Assembly (NCBI GenBank): GCA_012295275.1
Contig: CM022672.1
Coordinates: 21,080,001 to 21,144,000, forward strand
Origin: Chrysomallon squamiferum
Lineage: Eukaryota > Animalia > Mollusca
Direction of reading: 5' to 3'
Length of the DNA stretch: 64,000 bases
Shown: positions 16,001 to 35,330 of the stretch, piece by piece
How the letters are laid out: each line of letters opens with the position of its first letter
Position numbering within the stretch: position 1 is the first letter of the stretch
The notes under the pieces: generated by a model
What the model was told of the DNA's origin: nothing
The model's input: the letters and a program-made list of their open reading frames with translations, nothing else
The model's database searches: none
Translations under genes and position numbers: made by a program

Positions 16001-18440
16001 AAATGAAAGATATCACTATTTTTGCTGCTAAGAAAAAATTTCAGATTTCATAATAATGAATAAGGGATGCTCAACCTGTATTAATATTTTTATAGACACA
16101 TACTTGAAGAGATAACTCCGATGCATTTTGTGTAAATCTAAATGATTGTTTCATTTGTATCACAGGAGACCAGCCTTTTCTGATAATAATATATGACAGT
16201 ATATCATGTAACTGTAATGGTTTACTATTTTAGTTTTTAAAATAATTTGCAGAAATTATCATTATATTACTTTTTGACAATGAAATAAATTACATCACTT
16301 TTTTTTTTTTTTTTTTTTTCAAAACTTCCAGTGATTTGGATTACTGGACAGATTATGAGATTAAAGTTGCTGCTTACACGAACCAAGTGACACCTGGAAT
16401 TGGAAATTACTCTGATGTTGTTCATGTTAAAACAAATCAAGGAAGTAAGTGATATATTTATTTATATGTCAATGATCAACATGTTTTCAAAAGATCTAGT
16501 TTATGTCAAACACAAAACACGTAATCCTGTTCCTTTTCACCTGTGTATCAACCAACCCACGTTATAAAAACTTATTTCAGTGTGAGGTTAGTTCAGTTTT
16601 TAAAATACAATTATTAATTTATTTTTAATTTATCCCAGAAAGAAGATTAATTACATCTTGTAAATATAGAAAATTAACTAGTGATGATCAAATAATCTAC
16701 TATATGTAAATGAAATTAGAAAAATAATTAATAAATAAAACAGTTACGCATTAAAAAATTTTTTTTTAAATATAAAATAAAAATAGTAATAATTAATTAA
16801 TAAAATATTTTGTTTGGGAATTTTTTTTTTATTATTCTTTTGTTACTTTGATTACTTCAGTGTGTAAATACTCATTTTTTTTTTTTTTTTTTCAGAGCCT
16901 GGTCCTGTTGATAATTTATTAGTGAATGCATCAATAACATCACTGTACTTACACTGGTCAACTCCGAGGAAAACAAATGGAGTTATTACTTACTACCAGA
17001 TTGTTTATTACATAGCTAACATAAACAAATCAGGTTAGTTTCCGAGTTATTTTAATAATTCTTTTACAAATAAATTAAAAATTATTATTTTATTTTTTGT
17101 TATGTTTATTATTTTATTATTACTTTAGTCACATTGAAAGGTAAATTGATATTTTTGATTTTGTTATATTTAATATTTGAAGATAAATAAATAAATATTA
17201 TTTTATTGTTTATAATATTATTATAAGAAGAATTTTATGATTTTTTGTTAATTCATAACTGATCTGTCCTTAGAAGAAAACAAATGGTGTCAATTTTTAG
17301 AAGGGATTTAAAAAAAAAAAAATTTAGCAAATGTTTATATATTGATTTAGAAAATATTTGTTCTTACTTCAAAATTTATAATGTTCAGAATTATTATTAA
17401 GATTGTAACAATCTTGATTTTGAAATATTTGAAATATGATACTGGTTTTTCATGTTTCAGATATCAATATATCAGAATCACAGTTAAAATATCCAGAAAA
17501 CAAATCTGTGGATACTTCATATGTCACATTAGATGGCCTTGACCCTGATACTACATACAACATCTCAGTGTCTGCAAGAACTGCAGCAGGGGAGGGAACT
17601 CCAGTTTTTGTGCTACAAAAGACAGGTGTTTTGAAAAACTGTTCTCATTATTTTAAATATATAAAAAGTAGATTTTTCAATAAACCAAATTTCAGTTTTT
17701 ATTTTAACATAATTTTTTTTTCAAATAAATAAAATTGGTTTAATTATTTATTATTGTTATATTTTTAAAAATTGATGTTTTATTTTTTGTTTATTATATA
17801 TTTTTTAATACTTTCTTTTCTTTCTTTTTTTTGTTATGTAATTCTTTTTTTTTATAATTTCTGGAATTCAAGAAACTCATGCCTGTTATTAGCAAATAAA
17901 TTGAACTTTTTTTAAACCCATTCCTTCTGATATCATTTTTTAAGTCTTTATTCTTCACAGTTGTTACAATAATAGCATAAATTTAGCTTTGTTTAACCTT
18001 ATTATTCTTCTTATCATCATCATCATTATCATTATTATCATTTTTACTACTGTTATTAATATATACATTTAAAAAAAAATTATTTACTTGTTTGATTTTC
18101 TTTTTCAGATCAAAATAAAACAGAAGAAACCTCCACTGAATATTTAACAACAGTTGTTCCAGAAATGTCCTCTTATGATTTACTTACAATGGACAAGGAC
18201 ACAAAACAGCAACTGCCGATGATTGTAGCAGGCAGCCTCACAGCAGGGATTGTTATGTTTTTCATTCTTGCATTGATCATTTATCGATGCCTGAAGAAAA
18301 GAAGAGAAGAAATAAGAAAATACAGTCAGTACAGTTCCTGCCTTGCTTTTTCATTATCATTGCTTTAAAGATAGCGTTTTAAATTATACTGTTTCATCCA
18401 CAGTAATATGTTTTGACTTGGATTAACACTTTATCTCCAG

Positions 18441-18477
<37 letters not shown>

Positions 18478-21400
18478 TGGTTGTCTGTTGTTAATTATTA
18501 TCATTAGAAAAAGAAGTCTAATTTAAAAATTTCAAACAAATTATATCAATCTAAAGTTCAGTGTCACAATTCTAAATAATTACAGTTTGTTGAAAGGTTA
18601 TATTTGGTTACAATCTTTAATTAATTAAGACAGGAAACATGGTAAGCAGAGATAAGACTATTGTTAAAATTTTAAAAACTGTTTTATTTATTATATTTTT
18701 ATCTCATTGTTCTAATAGTGTCCTTTAAAAGATGTATTTTGTTCAAGTTTTTTAATTTCAAAATCTGTAATCAATTCCCAGCGTTGTTTTTAAATGTTGA
18801 TTCAAATAGAAAATCATAATAAATATATATTTTTATATCTATGTTGTGCAGCATACCAGGCTTATTTTAACAGAGGATTTACCCCAGTTGCAGTACGTAG
18901 ATCAGAGAGTTATTGTTGTTTTGGCTTTCATGGATTTTTGCACTTTTAATTTTGTTTATTATTGTGGTTCTGTTCTGTTAAATACAAACACTAGTTTTTT
19001 TTGGTTCTTTTTCACCCCGTTTGTAAAAATACTTTACCTTACTGATTTATTTTATGTTGTGTTTTTTTATTTAGTTATGTTTAATGTTTTTAAGTGTATG
19101 ATGATCATGTTTTGTTTATTCATTTTATCATTTCTGTTTTATTATTATTATTATTATTATTAATGTCAGCAGTGTTAATATACCCATAATCTTACAAATG
19201 TATATGTTTGGACATTTTATTTTATTTTATTTTATTTTTTTTTTTTTTTCTTATTATAATTTTTTTAGTTTTCAAATCATTAAAGCTGTTTGTTACATAT
19301 AAATCCTTCATTAATTATTAAGTTTTATAACTACCATAGTAATTTTATAAATTTTATCAGATTCATTTTTAAAAATATCATATTAAATTTTATAATTGTT
19401 ATCAGATTAGTTTTTATAATGATTATCAGATTCATTTTTCATTATATACTGAACGCTTGACTTTTATTATGTTTCAGTCTAAAATAACCAAACTGTTTTA
19501 TTATATTTCTTATTTGATTTTTCCAGACTATTTAATTGTTTCTTTAATGATTCAGATTAATATGTAATGTTATTGTTTAAGCATCAGTGTCATGCAAACA
19601 TAACAATTCTGAAATAGAAGAAATGTTTTTATATTAATAATAATAATAATAATAATAAAATTATTTTCTTTAAATTCATGATTTTTGCTTACTCTGATGG
19701 GCAGCAGATTGAACTAATTTTTCTTTGATTGTATTCTCAATTTATAAAAAAATAAAAATAATCCTATATATCTAGAGAATTCTCACTTAATAAAATGTAA
19801 ACAAACAGATTGGAATACTCCAGGAGTTAACTTTTTGATGCTTTGCTAATGAATTTCAGAAGATTCAAAAATATTTCTATATTTCCTACATTTTGTCCAG
19901 ATTTTCCTAAATCTAGCAAACAAGGTCAAGTGTAATGATAATAATAATAATGATAATAATAATAATAATAATAATATATTTGTGACATATTTCTGTTTTC
20001 AATTTTCAGTGACATCATCCATTTCTGCTATCAAGATTAGCAAACACACAAGTGGAACTTATGACAGGTGTTAACAAATATCATTGTTACTTTATTTTTA
20101 TAGATCCTTTTTAAAACTGTTCTTTATCATAAAGTGAGTATGTTTCTCTTGATGTGGAAGATACTGTATATTTGGGTATTTATCCATGTCATATGAATGT
20201 TTATAATAACCAGATTCGTGCACTTGTTTGATTTTTTTTGATATTTTTCACAAACACACATTCACACATACACACTCACTAACACCCAGAAATGTGCATA
20301 TAAACAAAATAAAATAAAATAAAATAATACAACATAATTTAGGTATAATTTTTACACATTCCAACAGACATTTTGATGAACCAGCCAATTTTGGAGAAGA
20401 AGAAGGTGATAATTCCACCAGCTCACATCCTTCCCACAATCCACTGGACAACAAACCAGATTATGGCAGCTGTGACATTGTCGTTGAGCCTGCTGTTGCA
20501 ACTGAACAAACTGCAGCATCTACATCTCCCTCTACAGCTAGTCAGTCAAAGCAGGTAAGACTGGTTTACATTTTAAAAACATTAGTTTCAAATAAACATT
20601 AAGAAATTAAGAATTATTTTTAGAAATTTTTGAAATAAACTGCACCAAAATTTAAAATAATAACAGATTCAAAATTATTGTTAGAAATTTGAGATGCTAT
20701 ATTGTGAAAAAGCAAATCTGTATCCATATATTAATAATACATGTATTTTTTAAATTCAAATGTATCCTAGTGTCAGCCTAATATGAATGTCTGTAATCAC
20801 AAAACTTGATTCAGAATTATTAGTATAAATTTTTGAAATAACATTACCAAACATGAAATCAATTAATAATACATTTTAAGAATTCAAATATTATCGTCTT
20901 AAATTGTACCACAGTGGAATATAAAGGTTTTTAATTGCAAAATGTGATTCAGATTAATTGTTTGAAATGTGAAATAATTTGTTACTGAATACCAAACTGA
21001 TACATTAATAAAGAGAAGATATTTCTTAATCAAATTTTTAATCAAATTTATCCTCACAACTTAATATATATAAAATTTTAAATAAAATGTTGCTGCACAC
21101 AAAATTGGTACATTAATAAAGATTTTTTATTCATATTTCAAATAATCTAATATAAAGGTTTTTAACTGCAAAACTTGATTCAGAATTATTGCTAGAAATT
21201 TGAAATAACATATTTGCTGAACACCAGATTGGGATATTAATAATACTGAAGAAACTTTTTGACCAGAATCTAATGTAAAAGGTTTTTAGTTGCCAAATGT
21301 GATTTTATTTCTGTATTTTCAGACAGCACTTGAAGTTGCTCCTTCAGGAAAAACTAGTATTAGGAAGAAAGCAAACAGTTTTAGGGAAGATCTTGCAAGA

Positions 21401-22766
21401 AGCAGAAAAGAGCCAGTTTTCTCTGTGTCAGGTATTTAGTCAAAGTTTTTTTTTCTTTTGAAATAATGCAATATTTAAACAGAAAGCCTTGCTTTGAATA
21501 ATCATAGAAATTGTTGAAGTATCAATTTTAAATAAGTTTGACTGCTGCGAGAAAAAGGAAAAAACAAACAAATTAAAAAAAAGAAGATGTTATTAATGAC
21601 ATGGATGTTAAAACTTTTTAAGCATTATAAGAAAAATAAGAAAAAATTACAATAAAAAGGAAGTAACTGTGTGATTAATAGTTGATTATTTTGATTCTAA
21701 CCAGCCTTCCACAACTGGTGTAACAAAGTTCACTGTAGTACACTCTCCAGTCTGTGGGAAGGTGCATATAAAATATCCCTTGTTGCTAATCAAAAAGAGT
21801 AGCCCATGAAGTGGCAACAGCAGGTTTCCTCTCTTGTTATCTGATTGGCTGTCAACCATACTTCCAACACCATACAACCATAAATAAAATGTTTGGAGTG
21901 CACAGTTAAATAATAATAATAATAATAACAAAATCTTTTTTGTATGATTGTTTTTGATTACAGATATGGACAACCCAGTTTTCCATGATGAACACGTCAG
22001 CCACATTGCCTCGACCTCGCACAGGAAACAGAATGTCAGCTGATGAGTTTTATTCCCAGGTTAGTGTTAGAGATTATTTTTTAGTACAAACATCAAAATA
22101 TAAATGTATAGGAACCAAATTATATCAAAACAAATATTCCACTACATCAGTTGTTTTGATTATTTGACGTATTTAATAGCAGCTTCATAGAGATTCAATA
22201 TAAATTTTATATGATTTGATTTTTAATTTAAAATGTTGGTGGTGATTTGAATTAATAACTTGTTGATATTTTGTGAGTAATTATTGTTACATTTGACTTT
22301 TATTTATATTTTATTATTAACAAGACCAGACTTCAGTAAAATTTAAAACATTAACTAATATTTTTAACAAGTACACACTAGATATATAAACTTGAAATAT
22401 CTTCTTTAGTACAAACATGCTATGTACTTGCTTCATTTATTCATCAATTTTATTTAAGAAATAAACAAAAACTTACTGTTGTCATAAGTTTTATTTTTTT
22501 TGAGACTTCCAAGTTACATGTTTGTTTCATTTATTCATCAATTTTATTTGAGAAAGAAATAAAAAGAAATAAAATAAAAAAAGTGATCATAACTTTTACA
22601 TTTTCTTCAGATTTCCACAGTTCCGAGGAAAAATCGGATGCGAAGTGAAAGTGCTGCTGCCATTGCTATCATGAGGAACAGCAATATGACTATCACCACT
22701 AACGACACCGATTCTCTTGTTGCCAATGAAGCTGAAGTAGTATTTAATGAGAGGACAGTGTTGTAG
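3631..22766 (+). CDS. Immunoglobulin-superfamily type-I membrane receptor/adhesion molecule: signal peptide, 8 Ig, 5 FN3, TM, cytoplasmic tail
   Basis: Phase-consistent GT-AG exons. Signal: 3631-3694 (MSVCLSFLLLHISLSVVYSEI). Ig: 4074-4346; 4625-4939; 5528-5812; 6396-6737; 7239-7392+7983-8101; 8931-9467 (two Ig); 9923-10129+10946-11014. FN3: 11568-11697+12430-12599; 13070-13207+13414-13587; 14129-14199+14677-14899; 15116-15186+15628-15749+16332-16444; 16896-17033+17461-17625. TM exon 18109-18324 (LPMIVAGSLTAGIVMFFILALIIY-RCLKKRR). Tail exons 20010-20067, 20368-20554, 21323-21431, 21964-22059, 22611-22766 (ends ERTVL*), plus a possible 18852-18892 exon. Ig C..W..DxGxYxC and FN3 W..Y..L.P.T.Y motifs are visible. 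The tail frame is ambiguous (see findings). Confidence 0.9.
10416..10540. repeat. 21-bp intronic minisatellite (taggagtaacccttgaagtga), ~5-6 degenerate copies
   Basis: Consecutive units taggagtgaccctcgaagtga / taggagtaacccttgaagtga / taggagtaacccttgaactac / taggagtaacccttgaaatga, then degenerate copies. Confidence 0.85.
15798..16078. mobile_element. Non-autonomous Tc1/mariner-pogo (Tigger4/MER46-like) DNA transposon, 281 bp, intronic
   Basis: TA|caggttaagaatcctttat ... ataagggatgctcaacctg|TA gives imperfect ~20-bp terminal inverted repeats with a TA target-site duplication. The internal sequence resembles the Tigger4/MER46 consensus as I recall it. Confidence 0.75.
20660..21305. repeat. Degenerate intronic tandem repeat (units roughly 120-140 bp)
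   Basis: The motif (aatataaaggtttttaa..gcaaaa..)gattcagaattattg.tagaaattt recurs near 20666, 20808, 20946, 21177 and 21300. Confidence 0.55.
21701..21930 (+). mobile_element. SINE-like interspersed repeat fragment (3' part) ending in an (AAT)n tail, intronic
   Basis: A higher-GC block (gtctgtgggaaggtgcatataaaatatcccttgttgctaatcaaaaagagtagcccatgaagtggcaacagcaggtttcctctc...gttaaataa) ends in a simple-repeat tail. It resembles a repeat I recall from gastropod genomes (not verified). Confidence 0.5.
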
Positions 22767-24744
22767 CTGTAGCAGTTTTTACTCTTGCTTTCTGTTATAT
22801 TTGTTCAGAAGGAACAGCACGACAAAAAAACAAAAATATTAAATATGTATCAGATTTTTATTATGGTGGAGTTGTCACCTTCAGATGCAGTGAGACAAGG
22901 TTTATCTAATTGTAATTACTTGTCATTTTGTCAAGTCAAATGTTTGAAAGTGTGTTAGCATAAATTTATAAAAATTCAGTAACATAAAGAAGAACCTTAG
23001 TATGTGAATAGAATTTAAGTTCCACACAAGAAATATTATATTATTGTCACAAATGTATCCAAATTCCACGAGTTTTCTTCAAATTCCACATATAGCTGTA
23101 ACAAAATATATCTATGAAAGTTCCACATTTTAACTACACAAGTTTTATAGTTTAACCATTATAGGATCACCAGTGTATCATAAACAGAGCCATAGAAAAA
23201 CTATGCAAGTCTCATGTTGGAGCCATAATTATGGCCTCCAGTTTAACAGTGATATCCCTGTAGTACTTATTATTTAACACTGGTATTATTCACATAAACA
23301 TTTTCCATTGTTTCATATACCTTGTACTTCAATAATAATGATTACATTTGGTTAATGTATCTCATAATTTAACAGATACCCCACAGGGTAACCAATAATT
23401 TTTTTTTTAAATTAATAACAAAGCCTGTAAATATCACTTGATATAATAGTGCTGCATCATTTAGAAATTACATAGAGAAGTGTGCCTATAATCTGTTCTT
23501 CACTTGTATGTAAATACACTTACTGTTGCCTTGAAGACCAAACTGTTTTGATATTTAAAAGTTTTTTATGTATTAGATGTTGTATTGTAAGGTGTGTTTA
23601 TTTAGCAATGTGAATTTTTAATATTTGCATATCAGAAGGAATACCAAAAATATTTGGACTTATCTGTGTATTTTGTCACAATATAAGAACTTAAACCTTT
23701 ATAAACCACTTTATTTATGTATGAATTGATCTGTTTTATATGGAATAAAGAATAAAAGTTTTTTTTAATAAAAAAAAAAAAAAAAAAAAAAGTCATTTAC
23801 CATGTTGATATCTATTAGTTTAAACGAAAGTCCATAATTTTACTTTTTAGTGACATTTAAAACCAAATACATTAGTGTGATTGCAAATAGAAACTTTTAG
23901 CAGTGTGTCATTTAGTAAACACTAAATGATAAGATGTCTCCAATATTTGTTATGCTCAAGTAAACTGCCCTCATTTAATAAGAAGTAGATAACCATGGAT
24001 TTCTTACCTCTAAACTCAGAATCAAGTATTTTCCTCGTGTCATTATATAATGTAACTTTATCACATTCCTGAGTGATTCTTCCACAACGAAGGACCAAAT
24101 TATTATTTACTGTGAAAGTTTATACATGTTTATTTACACTTTGTTTTACACTAAAACTATTTTTTTTTTGTGTATCTTTTGTATATGAGATACATTTTAT
24201 ATTATTTAATTGTAGAACTTAAAATTAAACACAAATGAAGAAAAAGTGTTTTATATTGTATTATAAAGTAATTAATTATTTATCACCTCAGAAGGTGTTT
24301 TCATACTTGGCTTTTGATTTCGTTGTTAAAGCTGTATTGTATGTGCACAAGCATTGCATTGGTCTGAAAAGGTAGAAAGAGAAAGAAAAAATTTCAACAA
24401 CTGCTTTTACTCAAACAATGAGCTGAATATATTTACCAGTTTTCTAGTTAAACTGTCCTTTGACAGAACATAATGAATGCTGCTGTCAAAGTTTAAATAT
24501 ACAGTTTGTTTCTCCAACAATTCTAAATGTATGGGGGACACCAAATATTATTTTTCTCAAACAGAATTTATCATTAGCCAATGTTTTATAGTCATCTGGC
24601 ACACAGATTTATAAAGAATGAGAGATATGCAAAGACATTTATTAATCGTCTTTAGTTCAAGTGCCTGCTTTAAATATCTGGTCAATTTACATATCTGTCA
24701 TTAAGATTTTAATGTAAAAAATTAATTATTTGTAAAAAAACTTA

Positions 24745-24953
24745 ACTTTTCATAGATAGAAATATGTTTGAAATTTTAATTGCACTTTATAACCATAGCT
24801 TTTCATAAAAAATAAGTCTGAAATTTTAATCTGTACTTTTATAACAATAGCTCTTCATAAACAAAAGTGTTTGAGATTTTAACCTGTACTTAATAACAAT
24901 AGCTTTACATAGAAAGAAATATGTTTGAAATTTTAATCTGTACTTTTATAACT
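24745..24953. repeat. ~53-bp minisatellite, ~4 copies
   Basis: tgtttgaaattttaatctgtacttttataacaatagct-type unit repeated near 24764, 24816, 24868 and 24922. Confidence 0.8.
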
Positions 24954-25835
24954 ATTTTATGCATTTCTTTGTACATATATGCATTCACTTTGTGCCAAAT
25001 TAATTACTGCATGAATGTCACATATCTTTTACATGCTAATTTGTCACTCACTGATTTTACTGCAGACTGTAAGCTAGAAAGTTTAAAATGTTTCAAATGT
25101 GATTGGTATTATATGAAATAGAAAACATAAATGGATTTTATAAGAGATATTTTGTTTATTTTCTTTTAATTCCTGTTATTCACAAACTGAGTAACTTTGC
25201 ACTTGGATGCAATTTTTCATAATTATAGTTATTCTATAGGACATTTCTGATATTCAATACAGTGAACACTTCCAACTTCTGTAATTATAATTTGGATACT
25301 ATATAAAGAGAAGAAACGAACACTGTAATTAATACTTTGTTTAATACAGCTTGATTAATTTTCATAAAATCATTTTAAAAAACACCTCAAAAATAAACTC
25401 TCATTAATTTTGGAATTAGAGACAAAAGCAATATCAAAACATTTTTAATGCATTCATTTAATTTTGTTTAAAACATCATTTTATATTTAAAAATACATTT
25501 GTAAAACGGTTTTTTTTTTTATATATATAAAACTTTAATATCAGAATTACCTAATTTTATTTGAAATAATCATGCTCAACAAAACATTAAATGTTTATCT
25601 TTTCTTAGATTTTTTAAACCCATTTAAAAAATAATTACAATCAACAAAATTTTATTTTATTATTTTTGATTAGATTATTGAAATTCATTTTAAAGATAAT
25701 AGTTATTCTCAATAAAATTTGTAACATTTTACTGGTTTTATTCTTAGTATATTTTCAGTGTAATTGTTCTGGTTATACAAATCAGCCCTCCAAAAAATAC
25801 CATTACAGTAAATGAAATCAGTTAGGATGTGAAGT

Positions 25836-32471
<6,636 letters not shown>

Positions 32472-33108
32472 TTCCTCAGATTATAAAACTATGAAAAAGT
32501 TAAATGAATTGTATATAATTTATTAGTTTTTTTCTTTTCCACTTTTAAAATCAACAACAACACTAATAATAATAATTCTTAAATTTTGAATACACTCTAA
32601 TATTTTAGGGATTTCATAATATAAAATTACTATTATTATCACGTACAATGAATGAATGAATGAAAAAAATTAACGTGCTAATCAGAGCTAGCTGTTGTGA
32701 AGCACGTATTACGTACATTTCCCCCCCCCCCGTCTTTATAGTAGAACCCCTGCGAAGGGGGTGGCAGTCTGTTAACCTTTCTTTTAAAATTCATAACAAA
32801 ACTCAGTGATTATGTTTATTACTAAAATCATTTGTTGTTGCACTGCCTTGTAGTTGCATTAACATAAGCAAAAGATCAATAAAGATGCAAATTATTAAAA
32901 CTCAGTTATGAGCTGCCCTGACTTTGAGTTTGACTCTACGACTGGTAGTTACTTATACTAAGAATAATAATTAGACAATAATAATATTAAAATGAGCATA
33001 ATTGCCTGACTTTTTTTTTTTTTTTTTGAGCGATTAATATTAATTTTTTAGATCCATGTGTCAGCCATGAAAATATATTTAAATCTTCTCATTTTTATAA
33101 ATATTTAC

Positions 33109-33195
33109 CGTCCCTAGAAAACCGACCCAGTTTTCAGAATTGACGTTTCGTTCGGAATAACTCGTGTATTTTCGGTAATTTGAAAGGTCAAAGAT
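33109..33195 (-). promoter_or_regulatory. Probable non-coding first exon / transcription start region of the saccharopine dehydrogenase gene
   Basis: A CpG-containing patch with a minus-strand splice donor (gacg|gtaaat) at 33108 that would pair with the acceptor at 32489. A pyrimidine-rich initiator-like tgacctttca lies on the minus strand near 33190. Confidence 0.5.
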
Positions 33196-33279
33196 TGATC
33201 ATACAGTTTTTAACACAGTTCACTAACTTTGTAACATTATTATAAATAATAAATTTATAAATAAATAAATAAATAAAAA

Positions 33280-33326
<47 letters not shown>

Positions 33327-35330
33327 TCAACAATGCAAAAGAGCATTGCACCATTACACTTACAAGTTACAGCATATATAAACTGCTAATTATTTTAATG
33401 TTAAAGCATAGATAAAATAAAAGCTAGAAATTTCACCGGAAAGCAAAATATTAAGAATTACACCATTAGCTTCAAGTGCAATGAAATATATTGTTTGATC
33501 TACATATTTCTGTTAGATATGTTAACATTAAAATAAGCCAAACGGCGTTTCCTGTGAAATATACATTATTGCATTACTTATGTCTAAATGTAAAAACAAT
33601 ATCCTCTAACCCCTAAAAAAACCTCAATAAATAAAGAAAATAATTATATATTGCTGCTACTGCTACCAATACTCTACTACTACTATAATAATAAATACAT
33701 GATAAAAATAAAATAAATAAATAAACAATATATAATAAATTATCTCAGCTTCCAACAGCTTTTATTTGTAATTTGTAATTTAAAAATATATAGGGTGTCG
33801 CAGTAAAATGCATACACACACAACTTGCTACAGTCAATGAAATAAATGTGTCCATTTACCCAATGGAATGGTCCTCTGGAATGTTTTTAAATCCATTTCC
33901 CTTCTTTATTAGTAATGTCAGGACCAAAACAGTTTACTATAACCCTGGGATGTTTTTTAATAAATCATGAAGTTAAAATTTTATACATTTTATTTTGGTG
34001 TTAATTTAGAGTATAAATTTGTTATTTAGTATACATGTATTTTGTACTGTTTACATATTTAATATTATTTATTAAAAAAAAAGTGAAAAAACTATTTCTT
34101 ATGCAAGTTACTTCAGAGATTGAACTTTAATGTAAATGAACCTCTTTGTTTCTTCTTGAAGCTTTTGTTGTTTATTTATAAAGTATCACAAATTTGAGAG
34201 AATAGTGATTTTTAAAAAAAAAATTTGATGTACCTATTCTACTAAAGTGAAATGAATCACACGAGAAAAGCAAAAACTTAATTATGTCAGTAAAGTCAGA
34301 AATTACTGAGAAATAAAATAATTTTTCAAATGAACCATAAAACTAGAACAGTTTAATTGCTACAGTGTATGCATGTTTGAAACAAGGCTATAGCTGAAAT
34401 GTTAAAACATATTCAGTCATACAAGTCTAGGAATACTGTTTATTTCACACATTTAATATTTCAAATCAGTTAAATTATTATTTTTCTGGGGGTGGGTGGG
34501 TTATTATAACAGTTCTAGAATTATAGATTAAATATATTGTTATTCAAAATTATTTATTTAATATGTTAAGAAATGAGGGAAACTAAAAAAGGATTTTATG
34601 TTGAATTCCTGGGTTATAATATAAAAATTTTGGTCTGAAGACTTTTACCTATTTTGTATGTGTTGTGATTTGGTTAAACACACAAATGTATTCTCCTGAT
34701 AGTCCTTCCAGCATTTAATATTGTAATGGTATTTAGGTTCAGTGGTCCCTTTATGTTCTTGGTGTAATAAAAGTTCTGATTTCATGATAACAATTAACAT
34801 CATTTTGTTTCCCCCTAAAAGGACAGCAGTTCAGTATTTTATCTTAAAATACGATGAGTCAGAGATACAGTTAATTCCTTTTATAGTCGGTTGGCTGTTT
34901 AACAACCTATAATTAATACTGTATAAGATAACAGAGCATGGAGCAGCAGGACATTTCCTCAGACTTCTTTACAAAAAAATCTTATTGAAGCATGCTATTA
35001 TTAAATAGTTCTTAATACACTGATTATCACTTTCCACCTAATCCCAAACAATGAATGACTCTTTACCAAATGCCACTCTTCAAACTACAACAACATAATT
35101 ATATGCGTAACATTGTAATAATAACTTTTTGTCATGAAAATGTGTTTCCAAAAATCCCTAAGAAGCACAATCAAATCACAGAAAGAAGGAAACATTGCTA
35201 CACTGAAAGTTAGTATCAGCAAGTCATAGTTACAGATTCTGATGAAAAATTAAAGTATGGGATAGATAAGGCTATTTATATTTTGTCAAGACATTAAAAT
35301 ACAAACACTTGTAATATATCTTTTGATAAT

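Noticed and set aside
4074-17625. Dscam-like hypervariable exon arrays
   Set aside because: Each Ig/FN3 exon is distinct and joins in one phase-consistent chain. No tandem mutually exclusive paralogous exons were seen.
23744-23791. AATAAA signals followed by an A-run as a retrocopy tail
   Set aside because: The upstream gene has introns and A-runs are ubiquitous here. At most this is the receptor gene's polyadenylation region.
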